Virus record (IMG/VR): IMGVR_UViG_3300044657_000873
Length of the DNA: 64,000 nt
Reading direction: 5' to 3' (one strand)
Source of the DNA: an uncultured virus (IMG/VR IMGVR_UViG_3300044657_000873)
Taxonomy: Duplodnaviria > Heunggongvirae > Uroviricota > Caudoviricetes
Part shown: positions 1 to 9,962 of the stretch, piece by piece
How positions within the stretch are numbered: position 1 is the first letter of the stretch
Layout of the letters: each line of letters starts with the position of its first letter
Notes under the pieces: generated by a model
Databases searched by the model: none
What the model was told of the DNA's origin: nothing
What the model saw: only the letters and a program-made list of their open reading frames with translations
Translations under genes and position numbers: made by a program

Positions 1-3000
1 GTATTTGAAACTAACCATCCATATTTTATTGAATTGGGACTCGGCACGTTTACTACCGGAACTTTACTTGAGTGGTGGAATGAGCGTGATAATTTAGGAA
101 GATATCTAAATAGGCGGCACATCAATGTTCCTTCTGGCCCAACTGATAAACTTGATGATTCTGGGAAAACTCTACAAAACCTCTTGGGTATAACTGATAC
201 TACAGAATTTTCTTGGTACGGATGGAAACCAAACTTGGATCTTGAAAATGCTGGAAGATTCACAAAGCAAAATCTCAAAGGTTTAGGTTCTAACGAGGGT
301 GGAGAAGATAGTCAAATATGGTCATATGCTGGGAAAACAACCGCAGGAATAGGTGATATTGGGGAAACCATTGATACCCTAAAATTAGACACAGAAAATC
401 CGGTTATTGGAGTTTATCTTGACGGTGATGATGATCTGTTTACTGTTAGGCCGTTGTATGTCGGTGCAGCAGACCCGTACAGCCCTCCCGACCCTCCTAC
501 CCCAGAACAATTAGCGAAGGAATTTTTAGAATCCATTAATGCAGATGACCCTGATGACTCTGATGACTCTGCTGCTCTTGATGAGTATTATGCCCCATTA
601 AAAGATATAACCCCTCTGTATAGCTTGATTCAACTTAACAAGTTTATGAATCATTTCGATGATTACTATCCAAGAGAAACTTGGAAATTGAATGAAGCCA
701 ACACACATCCCGGACTAGAAAAGAAACAGGCTTTTGGCTCATACGCACTCTTAAATGAAATTAAATCAGCCAAAGGTAGCCCTAAAGTGCAATGGTCTGG
801 TGACGCTACATTCTTTATAAATCAGAATGATGGGCTTATAGAAGGCTGTCCTCCGATAACAGAGAATATTACATTTAGTCTTTACCTCAAAGACGAATCA
901 ATGATTGCAAAGACTGGCAAAGCAATCACTATGAAGGAAATGACGTTTGTTGGACCAAGGCGAGATGCTGTAGGTGCAACTGGTGGAGTAGATGGTGAGC
1001 GACTTGACAATAATCCAGAAGATGTTACTGGGCAGGCTGCTGGAGAGGTAGATCTTCAATGGAATCCTGTTAGTAAGAAGTGGCAAAGCGGAAACGTAAA
1101 CATGTTTTGTAAACTTGTTACGCAACTGAAACCCGGAAAAGCTCCCACACTAGACTATCTCTTAAGTAATGATATTAAAGAAACACTAGAAGAAGAAGAT
1201 AATGCAAATTGCTATATTCCTTCTCGCGGCTCTGGTATGCTCATTAGAACACAGAACAGTATGCCCCTTCAGTGGTCGCCCAACTACGCACAAACAGCAG
1301 ATACAAGATGTGGTCCAGATGGCAATACAAACAAGCAAATTGTTCCTGTTTACAACTTTAATCCAAGAAAAACATATCCATCAGGCGAAGAAGTTTTGCT
1401 TACGCAGATTGACGGTGTTTGGCATGTTAGTGACTTGGGTCAAGGTGAAGAAGAAGAAGCAGCACCGCCGGTTGCTACAGGTATTGGAAAATGGGGACCA
1501 TTTACTTACACTATGACATCCAGTCAGTTTTTCTTTAAGGGTATACCCATTTTTGACGGAAACCGTCCTCAGGATGAGGATGATGGACGAGGGTACGTAG
1601 ATGTCACCCCTAGAGATGCAGAGCTAGGCTTTCATGTTAATTATTATCTTTCCGCTGGAGAAGAAGATAAATATTTAAACTTGTATCGTAAATACGATCT
1701 CCCCGGTGATGAAGTAACTGGCAGAACACCCAACGGTGGATACAATTTTACTCAACCGTTCAACACTGAAAACTATAAACGGTGGAGTGATCGGCCTGCA
1801 TATTTTCAGCAAACATCATTTGATTACCTAGACAGTAAAGTTTTTGGAATACGAGGAAAACAAGGGTCCATCGGCACGCACCCAGACACGTGCTCAATTG
1901 CTTCTACTTCTGCCACCGTTAATTCTGCGGGTCAAGTTATTCCTTTTGAGGCTTCTGAATACACAGTCAGAAACTCTGCAAACTGCGGTGCATTTTTTGG
2001 GTGCGTATTCCCCGATGGTTATAAAGGTACAGAAGAATATGACTCTGATGATTCTAGAAGTTTTACTATAGTAGCAACAGGGGCAGGTAGTATTGATGCA
2101 TCAAAGTACTTTACAGAAAAAAATGATGATGGGAGTAATCCCTTTGATCCGGGGAACGGTATAGAGGATAGAAATGACGCCAGCGTTGGGGCACTTGGTC
2201 AAACCGAAGACCCACTTAAGTCTTACGATGTAACGGAAAACGGTTGGTCTAGAGGAAGCGAAAGGTATCAACCCAATATATTCTATATGGGTGCCGCCAA
2301 CAAACGTAAAAGTATGCCAGCAGATGTTATGCTTAATGCTTCTCCAGATGGAAAGAATGGAAGCCCAATCAAGCCAATAGGCGTGTTCAATGATATTTAT
2401 CCCACTGGGACTGGGGATATGTTTAATAGTTTTATAACATCAATACCGGGTAAAGTTAATGCAGGAGCTTGGTTATCCAGACAATTAGAAAATGGAAATA
2501 ATGATCAGAGTGCATTTGATTTTGAGCCTGTAAGTCCGGGTAATATCATGTTTAGACCTCTGAAACTAGAGGCTTATCTTGGTATGGGAAGGTTAAGTAC
2601 TCCATTTTCTGAAATTGGTAATCCAATGAATGTGGAAGATGTGAAAGATTGGGTAGAAAAACAGAGTATCCCAAATTTTAGCCAAGCAAGAAGCTTTCCC
2701 TATACCATATTTACTGAAATAGCAACATCTACGGTAAGTAGAAACTTGCCAATTTCTGCATATGCACCTGATCGTGAATTTCCAAATACTAAGGGTAATC
2801 TTGCTGGATATGAAAACGGAAATAACTCCGCTCATAGTCCGTTAAAATGGGGGGCTTGGACACTACACAAGAAAAACTATAGCAAATTGCATGAGTATAG
2901 CTATTGGGAAGAAAATATCGACTACGGTGGAATGTTTTGGACTAAGGAATTTATCTTGAACGGTGATCCGTACAGAATAGATCCAGCGAAAGGTGCAACA

Positions 3001-4419
3001 GGAGAAGAGAATTGGAAGGGTGCGGGAGCTTTTGGAATTATTGGAACAAACTTAAAGGTTAAAGCAAACACAACTATAGGATTCACCACAAGAAATCTGT
3101 ATGGTATGGGTGCAGGAGCCGCTGGTAGCTTTACCATTCAAGGTGGTTACGCACAACAGAACAAGACTTGGGGCGTCAGCAACTTTATAGAAAGTTATAA
3201 GCAAGAAAACATTATAGACCTCAGTGTTAGAATTTATCAGGGGCACCCTGCGGATCAAACTCTTTATGACCCAAGGTATTTTGCGGTCCATCACTTTAAT
3301 CCGGGTGTAGACTTTGTGCTTGACAAATATCGAGGAACTGGGACTATTCCAACAAATGAATTGGGGCAAGGTAAACCTATTCCAAGAAATTACCTGTCTT
3401 ATGAGTTTAAAAATCTGAGAGGTAGTGATGGCGATCTTTTAGATACCGTAACTTACGAGTTCCCAGAGGCTAGTGGTGCCGATATTAGAATCCCAAGTAG
3501 GTGGGAGAAGCACATAGACTCTGAAGTTGGAGATGCTCACCAAAATGACAGAACATATGATCCAATTAAACTTCCCTCAGATAGTACTGTTTTCAAAGAT
3601 GCTACGGTAGACTTGGGTGCCAGTACTCCTTCGCCACCATTGATGGATGATAAATATTGGTTGGTAGACACAAAAAGAAATGGTAAATTATTGCCCTATA
3701 GATACTACGCAAAAACACTAGGTATTCCTACATCTTCTTCTCATGTTGAAATGGTTAAAGAGGAGGACGTTAAAGGTGAGCAAGTTTGGGGCCACGCATC
3801 AAAATTAATTGTGACCAATTATGGCACAGGGTTCGCCATAGACGATGCGGTTGGTATATTTGAAAAGGATATTGTTTTAAGAGTTACAGGAACGGGCGAG
3901 TTGGGTTCCGTTACTGGATTATCAGTAGAAAGATTTGGATCTGGTATTTCGGTCAATCAAACGAGAGCTACTGGAGATCTAATTGGTAGCTTTACGTCCA
4001 ATTTTACAATATCTCCAATTGTTGGTGCCGGTGAGGGCTTCAATGGATACTTTGTCGCTGCTGGACTGCAAAATAGTATTCAATATGATGACAAACCGTT
4101 CCTTATAAAAAGAAATGGTGAGGAAATAAACAGGATCGCTGCCAACGAACCCGGACCAAAAAATGTTTCTACTGGGGCAAACGCTCAAGCAGAATCGCTG
4201 GCGTTTATTGAAGATACTGAGACCGTCGAATATACCATTCACGATTTGCTCAAGTCTGACGATGGTTCATATGACATTTTCTTCCATTTTCATAATGACA
4301 TAAGTATGACTTGGTTTGCTTGCGGTTCCCACTCAAATTCAACTCCGTGGGGCGATCTCAGAAACATAGCAGAATCCAACGAACAATTTATTTCAATTGA
4401 AGGTATAAACTTACTCTAA
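1..4419 (+). CDS. Large probable virion structural protein (tail/baseplate-associated), 5' truncated
   Basis: Frame is open from base 1; >1460 aa, Gly/Asn/Asp/Thr-rich, no enzyme motif; lies opposite the replication genes. Confidence 0.55.
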   Translation, partial: VFETNHPYFIELGLGTFTTGTLLEWWNERDNLGRYLNRRHINVPSGPTDKLDDSGKTLQNLLGITDTTEFSWYGWKPNLDLENAGRFTKQNLKGLGSNEGGEDSQIWSYAGKTTAGIGDIGETIDTLKLDTENPVIGVYLDGDDDLFTVRPLYVGAADPYSPPDPPTPEQLAKEFLESINADDPDDSDDSAALDEYYAPLKDITPLYSLIQLNKFMNHFDDYYPRETWKLNEANTHPGLEKKQAFGSYALLNEIKSAKGSPKVQWSGDATFFINQNDGLIEGCPPITENITFSLYLKDESMIAKTGKAITMKEMTFVGPRRDAVGATGGVDGERLDNNPEDVTGQAAGEVDLQWNPVSKKWQSGNVNMFCKLVTQLKPGKAPTLDYLLSNDIKETLEEEDNANCYIPSRGSGMLIRTQNSMPLQWSPNYAQTADTRCGPDGNTNKQIVPVYNFNPRKTYPSGEEVLLTQIDGVWHVSDLGQGEEEEAAPPVATGIGKWGPFTYTMTSSQFFFKGIPIFDGNRPQDEDDGRGYVDVTPRDAELGFHVNYYLSAGEEDKYLNLYRKYDLPGDEVTGRTPNGGYNFTQPFNTENYKRWSDRPAYFQQTSFDYLDSKVFGIRGKQGSIGTHPDTCSIASTSATVNSAGQVIPFEASEYTVRNSANCGAFFGCVFPDGYKGTEEYDSDDSRSFTIVATGAGSIDASKYFTEKNDDGSNPFDPGNGIEDRNDASVGALGQTEDPLKSYDVTENGWSRGSERYQPNIFYMGAANKRKSMPADVMLNASPDGKNGSPIKPIGVFNDIYPTGTGDMFNSFITSIPGKVNAGAWLSRQLENGNNDQSAFDFEPVSPGNIMFRPLKLEAYLGMGRLSTPFSEIGNPMNVEDVKDWVEKQSIPNFSQARSFPYTIFTEIATSTVSRNLPISAYAPDREFPNTKGNLAGYENGNNSAHSPLKWGAWTLHKKNYSKLHEYSYWEENIDYGGMFWTKEFILNGDPYRIDPAKGATGEENWKGAGAFGIIGTNLKVKANTTIGFTTRNLYGMGAGAAGSFTIQGGYAQQNKTWGVSNFIESYKQENIIDLSVRIYQGHPADQTLYDPRYFAVHHFNPGVDFVLDKYRGTGTIPTNELGQGKPIPRNYLSYEFKNLRGSDGDLLDTVTYEFPEASGADIRIPSRWEKHIDSEVGDAHQNDRTYDPIKLPSDSTVFKDATVDLGASTPSPPLMDDKYWLVDTKRNGKLLPYRYYAKTLGIPTSSSHVEMVKEEDVKGEQVWGHASKLIVTNYGTGFAIDDAVGIFEKDIVLRVTGTGELGSVTGLSVERFGSGISVNQTRATGDLIGSFTSNFTISPIVGAGEGFNGYFVAAGLQNSIQYDDKPFLIKRNGEEINRIAANEPGPKNVSTGANAQAESLAFIEDTETVEYTIHDLLKSDDGSYDIFFHFHNDISMTWFACGSHSNSTPWGDLRNIAESNEQFISIEGINLL

Positions 4420-4430
4420 ACTAATTTTAT

Positions 4431-4443
4431 GTGTATAATACAC
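4431..4443 (+). promoter_or_regulatory. Candidate late-type promoter GTGTATAAT (here within palindrome GTGTAT-A-ATACAC)
   Basis: Upstream of SD AGGAG and ATG 4472; same 9-mer at 49311-49319 and 54598-54606 (- strand). Confidence 0.4.
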
Positions 4444-4471
4444 TGTAAATCTTTACAAGGAGATTAAAAAT

Positions 4472-5221
4472 ATGGCGACAATAACATTTCACGCAAATAA
4501 CGAAAATATCTATACAGAGGGCACTGGAAATCAGCCAGACCTTATCAATAGTGACGCTGGATCGGGTCTAGGGTTCTTTGGTGGAGGCTTTGGTATTTCT
4601 GTCCCAGTTAGCCAGTATCAGGATTCTACGTATGTTACTGATGCAAATGGCACAACTTCTGGAATCAAATGCTCTAATTTAAAGTATTCGACTGACACAA
4701 CTGCCTATATTCAGGGTGAGGTATCAGCTAGCGTAATTTCTGGTGTTCCAAATATTGCCGCACCGCTAAATATTAGGTTTGAAAATGCGGACGCAGTTCG
4801 TGTTCAGAACTGCAAGTTAAGAATTTTCGACCGCCAGAGCATTGATAGCCATGCGAGTGGTGTTGTAACTCAAGTTTACGAAATTAGACATCCGCATCCA
4901 GTTGTTGGTGTAGACTTTGATGCAAACAAAGGGCCACTCAAATTTAGAGGTGTTACAGGCGATAATGAGTGGGGACAGTTTTCTGACGGGTTTGCTATGG
5001 CGGATTACGTGATGACTCCCGGACCCGGACCTAGTGGTTTAAATACATCGTCAGATGACCCTATGGCAACTGGTGATGGCACACACTTTAATTACATTTC
5101 TAAATCTGGTGAATCTTGTCGTGCTAATCGTCACGACTGGTATGTTGCTTTGAGTGCATCGCCAAACAGCATTGGGAGTAAAACAGATTTCGGACTTTAT
5201 TTTACTCTAGAGTACCTATAA
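4472..5221 (+). CDS. Probable virion structural protein
   Basis: 249 aa, strong SD, beta-rich composition, follows the large structural gene. Confidence 0.5.
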   Translation: MATITFHANNENIYTEGTGNQPDLINSDAGSGLGFFGGGFGISVPVSQYQDSTYVTDANGTTSGIKCSNLKYSTDTTAYIQGEVSASVISGVPNIAAPLNIRFENADAVRVQNCKLRIFDRQSIDSHASGVVTQVYEIRHPHPVVGVDFDANKGPLKFRGVTGDNEWGQFSDGFAMADYVMTPGPGPSGLNTSSDDPMATGDGTHFNYISKSGESCRANRHDWYVALSASPNSIGSKTDFGLYFTLEYL

Positions 5222-5257
5222 GGAGCAGATATATTTCCTTGGGATTCCTTGTAAAGT

Positions 5258-5318
5258 AAAAAAAAGGCCTGCGTGAAGGGTGAATAGATGTGAAATCTAT
5301 GACCTTTTCAGCAGACCC
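5258..5318 (-). terminator. Long imperfect hairpin followed by a U-run (terminator or small RNA)
   Basis: CTGC/GCAG, TGAA/TTCA and ATAGAT/ATCTAT stems next to an A-run on + strand. Confidence 0.5.
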
Positions 5319-5324
5319 TAAGAG

Positions 5325-5362
5325 AAAAAGGGCAGGGCCAGAAAGCCCCGCCCTTCTTTTTT
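5325..5362. terminator. Bidirectional rho-independent terminator
   Basis: AAGGGCAGGGC-cagaaa-GCCCCGCCCTT flanked by A and T runs between convergent genes. Confidence 0.8.
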
Positions 5363-5372
5363 AGATCCCCTT

Positions 5373-5705
5373 TTATTCGTTCTTTTCAGTCTCCGGGTTC
5401 CATTTTACCCAACCACGGTCGGGCAACCAATTGTCGCCATCTTTACGTTTCGGGAACAATCCACCACCCTTCTTATGAGAACCAAAGGATAACCTCGCCC
5501 CACAATCTCCACAACGAAGCTCATAATATAGATTATCATCTACATTTCTAACAACGAAGCGGATATTTTCAGAGCCGCATTTAACGCACGCAGTTTCCTC
5601 AAATACTTCTTGGAACCGCGAAATTTGTTCGAAAATCTCTTTTTGAGAGTCGCCCTCAAGCTCAACGCTTAGACGACCATTCTTAGTTTGGTAGTTTACC
5701 TTCAT
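5373..5705 (-). CDS. Small zinc-ribbon protein
   Basis: CVKC...CGDC; abuts the putative annealing protein gene. Confidence 0.6.
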   Translation of the reverse strand: MKVNYQTKNGRLSVELEGDSQKEIFEQISRFQEVFEETACVKCGSENIRFVVRNVDDNLYYELRCGDCGARLSFGSHKKGGGLFPKRKDGDNWLPDRGWVKWNPETEKNE

Positions 5706-6467
5706 TTAGTCTCTCCAATCAGGTTTATAACCCATGAAATTAGCATATAAACTCTTGTCTTTCTGATAATCACCGCCCAACAAGCGAATAGCATCGCTGG
5801 CCTGACTCTTCGTTACTTTACGCTTTACATCCGCATTGAATATCTCCTTAAAAAATACTTCTACGTCTATATTTAACTGTTTACATTTGCCATCAACAAA
5901 CCTAGCTTGCGGATCAGTTATTCTTGATGAGTCATTGTACTCACCATCTGTATTCGCCATCTCTTTAGCTTGGCTGATACTGCGTACAATACTAGCAGTA
6001 TTCTTCTTGGTCATCTCTTCAGCGGCCACAGTCTTGATTCTAAGGGCTTTTCTTAAAGCACGCCCTTCAGCCCTCGTTGCTGCTGTAGCGGTGTTAAACA
6101 CGCAAAATGTGTCGTCTGTGTTGCCTTCCCAGCAGTCTGCAACATCACTGAAAAGACTACCATCTTCAAACACTACTTCCCAGATAACAGTAGCTCTACC
6201 AATAGAATCCCCCTCCGTGGGGGGAAACACTTGAGTTGGTCTACTACTAACGATCCTTCCTAGCAGAAGTTCTGCTACTCTCCTCAACCCTGCACACAAT
6301 GGTCGCCCATCGTACAGTTCATTCTCATCAAACAGCCCTAAAACATAGTCATTCCACTCTATATCAGTGGGGCTTGGTCCTTCTGTCACAATCTCGTCCT
6401 TTACACTAGTGTCAACATTTTGTGGAGTATCAAGAGCTACGCCCACGAACAAATCATCATTATCCAT
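5706..6467 (-). CDS. Putative ssDNA-annealing protein (Rad52/Erf-like)
   Basis: Beta strands followed by helix ATAATRAEGRALRKALRI, plus a C-terminal ITDPQ helical domain. Confidence 0.45.
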   Translation of the reverse strand: MDNDDLFVGVALDTPQNVDTSVKDEIVTEGPSPTDIEWNDYVLGLFDENELYDGRPLCAGLRRVAELLLGRIVSSRPTQVFPPTEGDSIGRATVIWEVVFEDGSLFSDVADCWEGNTDDTFCVFNTATAATRAEGRALRKALRIKTVAAEEMTKKNTASIVRSISQAKEMANTDGEYNDSSRITDPQARFVDGKCKQLNIDVEVFFKEIFNADVKRKVTKSQASDAIRLLGGDYQKDKSLYANFMGYKPDWRD

Positions 6468-7231
6468 TATTCAACCTCAATAAAACGTTTACCTTTTGGC
6501 GGAAACTTTTTAGAGATCTTGGTTACTTCATCTACTACAGATGACAACATCTCTTCACGTTTTGCCAAACTTTCCTGTCCCAGTGACTTCAAACGGATCA
6601 CTGCGTATCCTTTAGACAAAAGGGCACCTGACTTTCTTAAGTCTGCATTTACCTGTTTCTGGAGCTTTTTCTCTCCCCAAATAGGTAAGAAATGACTTGG
6701 CCCGTCTACCTCTATTATAGTCTTCAAATCAGGAATGTACAAGTCAATTTCCAGATTTTCTGCCGGAATTATTAAAACATGCATCCTGACCGAGAAACCA
6801 GCTTCTTCTAGTTTCCCTTTTACCCATAGCTCCATTTTAGAGCCTTCTTTTGCGGCAGTTCTAATTGCAGCAATACCCTTAGATCGCATTTCTTCTTTCT
6901 GTTTTGCAGACATATTTTGCCAGTTATTTTTTGCCTGCTTGACTCTTCGAGCTTTCTCTTTGTCGCTCATTTCCTCCCAGTAGTTCACGAGACTCTGACT
7001 AATTGCGATCTTCTCAGCGTCAGTTCTTTTTTTACCGGCAGTGGGGTGAGAACTGCGACCAGATTTTAGTGCAGCTTTTTGTGCCGCACTTTTATCCTTC
7101 AACTCATACCCATGCTTAATTAGTGTTCGCCTAATCTTATTTGGGTAAGTGCTTAGTTGTTTCGCAATCTCATACGTACTTTTATTTTGCTCATTATACA
7201 AGCTAACAACTTTATCGTCAAAACTAGCCAT
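6467..7231 (-). CDS. Homing-type endonuclease: HTH + NUMOD3-like repeats + DUF559/Vsr-like nuclease
   Basis: STYEIAKQL HTH; GKKRTDAEKIAIS; EIDLYIP...IEVDGPSH. Confidence 0.7.
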   Translation of the reverse strand: MASFDDKVVSLYNEQNKSTYEIAKQLSTYPNKIRRTLIKHGYELKDKSAAQKAALKSGRSSHPTAGKKRTDAEKIAISQSLVNYWEEMSDKEKARRVKQAKNNWQNMSAKQKEEMRSKGIAAIRTAAKEGSKMELWVKGKLEEAGFSVRMHVLIIPAENLEIDLYIPDLKTIIEVDGPSHFLPIWGEKKLQKQVNADLRKSGALLSKGYAVIRLKSLGQESLAKREEMLSSVVDEVTKISKKFPPKGKRFIEVE

Positions 7232-7664
7232 TGAAAATCTCCTTTAATTTATCGACCGACCAATCCTCTACGAGAACCGGCTTGTGCCCTGTCAGTCTGT
7301 AAAACGTGTTATAGTCTACTAGATTATCTACGAGTACCTTATATGTCTGTGCTATACCAACAAAGTCAAACAAGTTTTTTTCTATATCTTCACTGGAACT
7401 AAAGAGATATACAAGTTTAATATTGTTGACAGTTGACACCGCCCTTCTTAAATTATCTATTGTGGTACAAACTAGGTTGCCACTAAAGCTCCACATATCA
7501 GCAGAGTCAAACATTCCAAATCTAGGAGCTACAGGATTAAACCCAATGTCGTTGAAAAATACAGAAGCGGAGGTGAGGTCTTCAACTGAATTGTTTAGAA
7601 AATTGTAAATCTTTGTATTTTGTGGAGTGCCAGCACTAGTAGGTACGAAAAATCCTAAGTTCAT
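7224..7664 (-). CDS. Hypothetical protein (end of glycan cluster)
   Basis: 146 aa, translationally coupled to neighbours. Confidence 0.5.
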   Translation of the reverse strand: MNLGFFVPTSAGTPQNTKIYNFLNNSVEDLTSASVFFNDIGFNPVAPRFGMFDSADMWSFSGNLVCTTIDNLRRAVSTVNNIKLVYLFSSSEDIEKNLFDFVGIAQTYKVLVDNLVDYNTFYRLTGHKPVLVEDWSVDKLKEIFNG

Positions 7665-8674
7665 TATTTATTCTCCTTTAAAAACCATTCTATTGTATGT
7701 TTAAGTCCAGCTTGTAAATCTGTTGAAGCTCTAAAGTTCAACTTCTCAGTAGCCTGATGGGTGTTTAGACAACGACGAGGTTGCCCATCAGGTTTATCTG
7801 TTTCCCACCTGATTGTTCCTTCATATCCCATTTGTTCTGCAATCTCAGTCACTAGGTCATGAATTGTGATCTCTTTGCCAGTTCCAATATTGATTGGTTC
7901 TGGCCCAACGTCGTTATGAATAGCCAAACGAATCGCTTCGGCACAATCGCCAGCATACAAAAACTCTCTAGACGCTGTACCTGTACCCCAAACGTTGATT
8001 TCTTGCTCGCCGTTTTTAATGGCGTTATAAAACTTCAAAATAAGGGCAGGTATTACATGGCTACTTGTGAGATTAAAATGATCGTATGGGCCGTACATGT
8101 TTACAGGAATGAGATTAACAATATTCATCCCATATTGTTCATAATAAGTCTCGCCCATCTTCATCAAAGTCTTCTTAGCGATACCATAAGGTGCGTTAGT
8201 TTCCTCTGGATAACCTTCCCATAGGTAGCTTTCCAAGAATGGTGTCGGTGTGTGCTTTGGATATGCACAAACTGTACCCAACATGATAAACTTTACATCT
8301 TTCTGAGTTTTATCTCGGTATTGTCGAGTACGCTCCATCATGTTCATACCCATAGCAAGATTGTCGTACATAAACTTTCCGGGATTTTCACGGTTAGCTA
8401 GAATACCACCAACACTACCAGCAGCATGAACAACAACATCGGGGGTATAATATTCTAATGCTTTCTTACAAGCATAGCTGTCTCTAAGGTCGTAGATCTT
8501 GCTACTCATAGGTATTACATTGTAGCTTAGTTCAGATTTGTCTTCTAATACAGTGCCGCCCGGACCATCACTAAGTGAGTTCCACGAAGAACCGTCACAG
8601 ATATTCACTACATTGAAATGACCTACGATATTCTTTCCTAGAAATCCCGAACCACCAGTTAATAATATTTTCAT
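7664..8674 (-). CDS. fcl: GDP-L-fucose synthase
   Basis: TGGSGFLG, VGGILAN, GTVCAYPK, YGIAK, SHVIPAL, WGTGTASREFL, KPDGQPRR. Confidence 0.93.
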   Translation of the reverse strand: MKILLTGGSGFLGKNIVGHFNVVNICDGSSWNSLSDGPGGTVLEDKSELSYNVIPMSSKIYDLRDSYACKKALEYYTPDVVVHAAGSVGGILANRENPGKFMYDNLAMGMNMMERTRQYRDKTQKDVKFIMLGTVCAYPKHTPTPFLESYLWEGYPEETNAPYGIAKKTLMKMGETYYEQYGMNIVNLIPVNMYGPYDHFNLTSSHVIPALILKFYNAIKNGEQEINVWGTGTASREFLYAGDCAEAIRLAIHNDVGPEPINIGTGKEITIHDLVTEIAEQMGYEGTIRWETDKPDGQPRRCLNTHQATEKLNFRASTDLQAGLKHTIEWFLKENK

Positions 8675-9177
8675 ATATTTAATTCCTTTGTCAATTTATC
8701 CATGTCTGATGATTCATTGAAAAATATTGTTGTCCAAGGGGACTCAAGCGTATAATCTAATCTAGTCCAACCTTCGGGTTTTAGAATTCTATCCCAACCA
8801 TAGCTTGATGTTTCTGTGTCGTGGGTTGCAACAATATTCGTAAATTTAAACGCCTCATTTATACATTCTGGCCTACTTGATCCATGACCATCAACAAAAA
8901 CCAAATCGTATCTCTTTCCTAGATTAGAAAAATAAGTTATTGCATCAGTTGGCCCCATCATGATTTCATATTTAAAATGCTTATTATGACCTAGTTCTTT
9001 TTGGACTGCTTGAAACCATTCTTCGCTTTGCATTTCTACACTATGAACTTCACTAGACCCCTCAAGAAATATAGGTGTACTACCTAGCCCACTACCGAAT
9101 TCAAATACGCTTTTAATGTCCAAGCATTTCATTATTGCTTCTAGGACTTTTCTGTGACTATGACCTTGCCAACTCAT
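8671..9177 (-). CDS. Class I SAM-dependent methyltransferase
   Basis: VFEFGSGLGST; DLVFVDG; HD. Confidence 0.75.
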   Translation of the reverse strand: MSWQGHSHRKVLEAIMKCLDIKSVFEFGSGLGSTPIFLEGSSEVHSVEMQSEEWFQAVQKELGHNKHFKYEIMMGPTDAITYFSNLGKRYDLVFVDGHGSSRPECINEAFKFTNIVATHDTETSSYGWDRILKPEGWTRLDYTLESPWTTIFFNESSDMDKLTKELNI

Positions 9178-9962
9178 TTCGTTATCTCCTGTAAATGCTT
9201 AGTAACCGGACTGTACCATTCTTGCGTAAAGGGTCTTGGCCCATGAATTTCAAAGTAATCTTGTAAGTTTTCACCCTCTAAGGTTTTCCATTTTTCTCTG
9301 TCTATTCTTCCATAAACAGTATATCCTCCGTCTGCGTGTTGTTTAAAATCTCCAGACTCTTTTCTCAGTATTCTACTCACTCTACTGTCTTTTCCCGACC
9401 AATTATCTAGAAGGCATTTGATTAGAGATTCGTCACAAAAATATCCATTCATCATAGGTCTCGCTCGATAGTCTGGCATGGAAATATCCCAACCCGAAAC
9501 ACAAGCTGTCAAACTCTTATCGTTCGGGTTAATGATTTCCTTGAACGTACCACCCTTTCCAGCAGTACCATGCATGGGCCATTTTCCAATATCTGGATGT
9601 CTCTGGAAGGCCGGATGCTCATAGCCGAATTGAGCTATATGATCTTCTGGAACCCTACCATAAGCTATAAGAGGTGCATCACTCAAGGGGACCATATCAA
9701 TGTCTGCAATCATACACACTTCGTCGCCATATGTGCTTGCGTTATACATCCTAATAAACTGAGATTGCTTTTTACTCTCTACATGCGGTAGATTGTCCCA
9801 GTTCACAACGTCAGCAGTCTCCCCTACGTCAACGGTGTGGTTTCCAACAATGTTTAACGTTACTTTATAACCTAGCTTATGCCATGCCCAACACGTAAAT
9901 TGTGCAAAAGAGATATAATCCGGGTTATCATTTATTGATGTAATGATTCTATCAATCTTCAT
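9174..9962 (-). CDS. Putative GT-A glycosyltransferase
   Basis: IADIDM DxD motif; cluster context. Confidence 0.55.
   Translation of the reverse strand: MKIDRIITSINDNPDYISFAQFTCWAWHKLGYKVTLNIVGNHTVDVGETADVVNWDNLPHVESKKQSQFIRMYNASTYGDEVCMIADIDMVPLSDAPLIAYGRVPEDHIAQFGYEHPAFQRHPDIGKWPMHGTAGKGGTFKEIINPNDKSLTACVSGWDISMPDYRARPMMNGYFCDESLIKCLLDNWSGKDSRVSRILRKESGDFKQHADGGYTVYGRIDREKWKTLEGENLQDYFEIHGPRPFTQEWYSPVTKHLQEITK

Noticed and set aside
7309..7320. Internal GTAGACTATAAC promoter-like site upstream of the endonuclease
   Set aside because: Imperfect -10, no convincing -35, and it lies within a coding sequence
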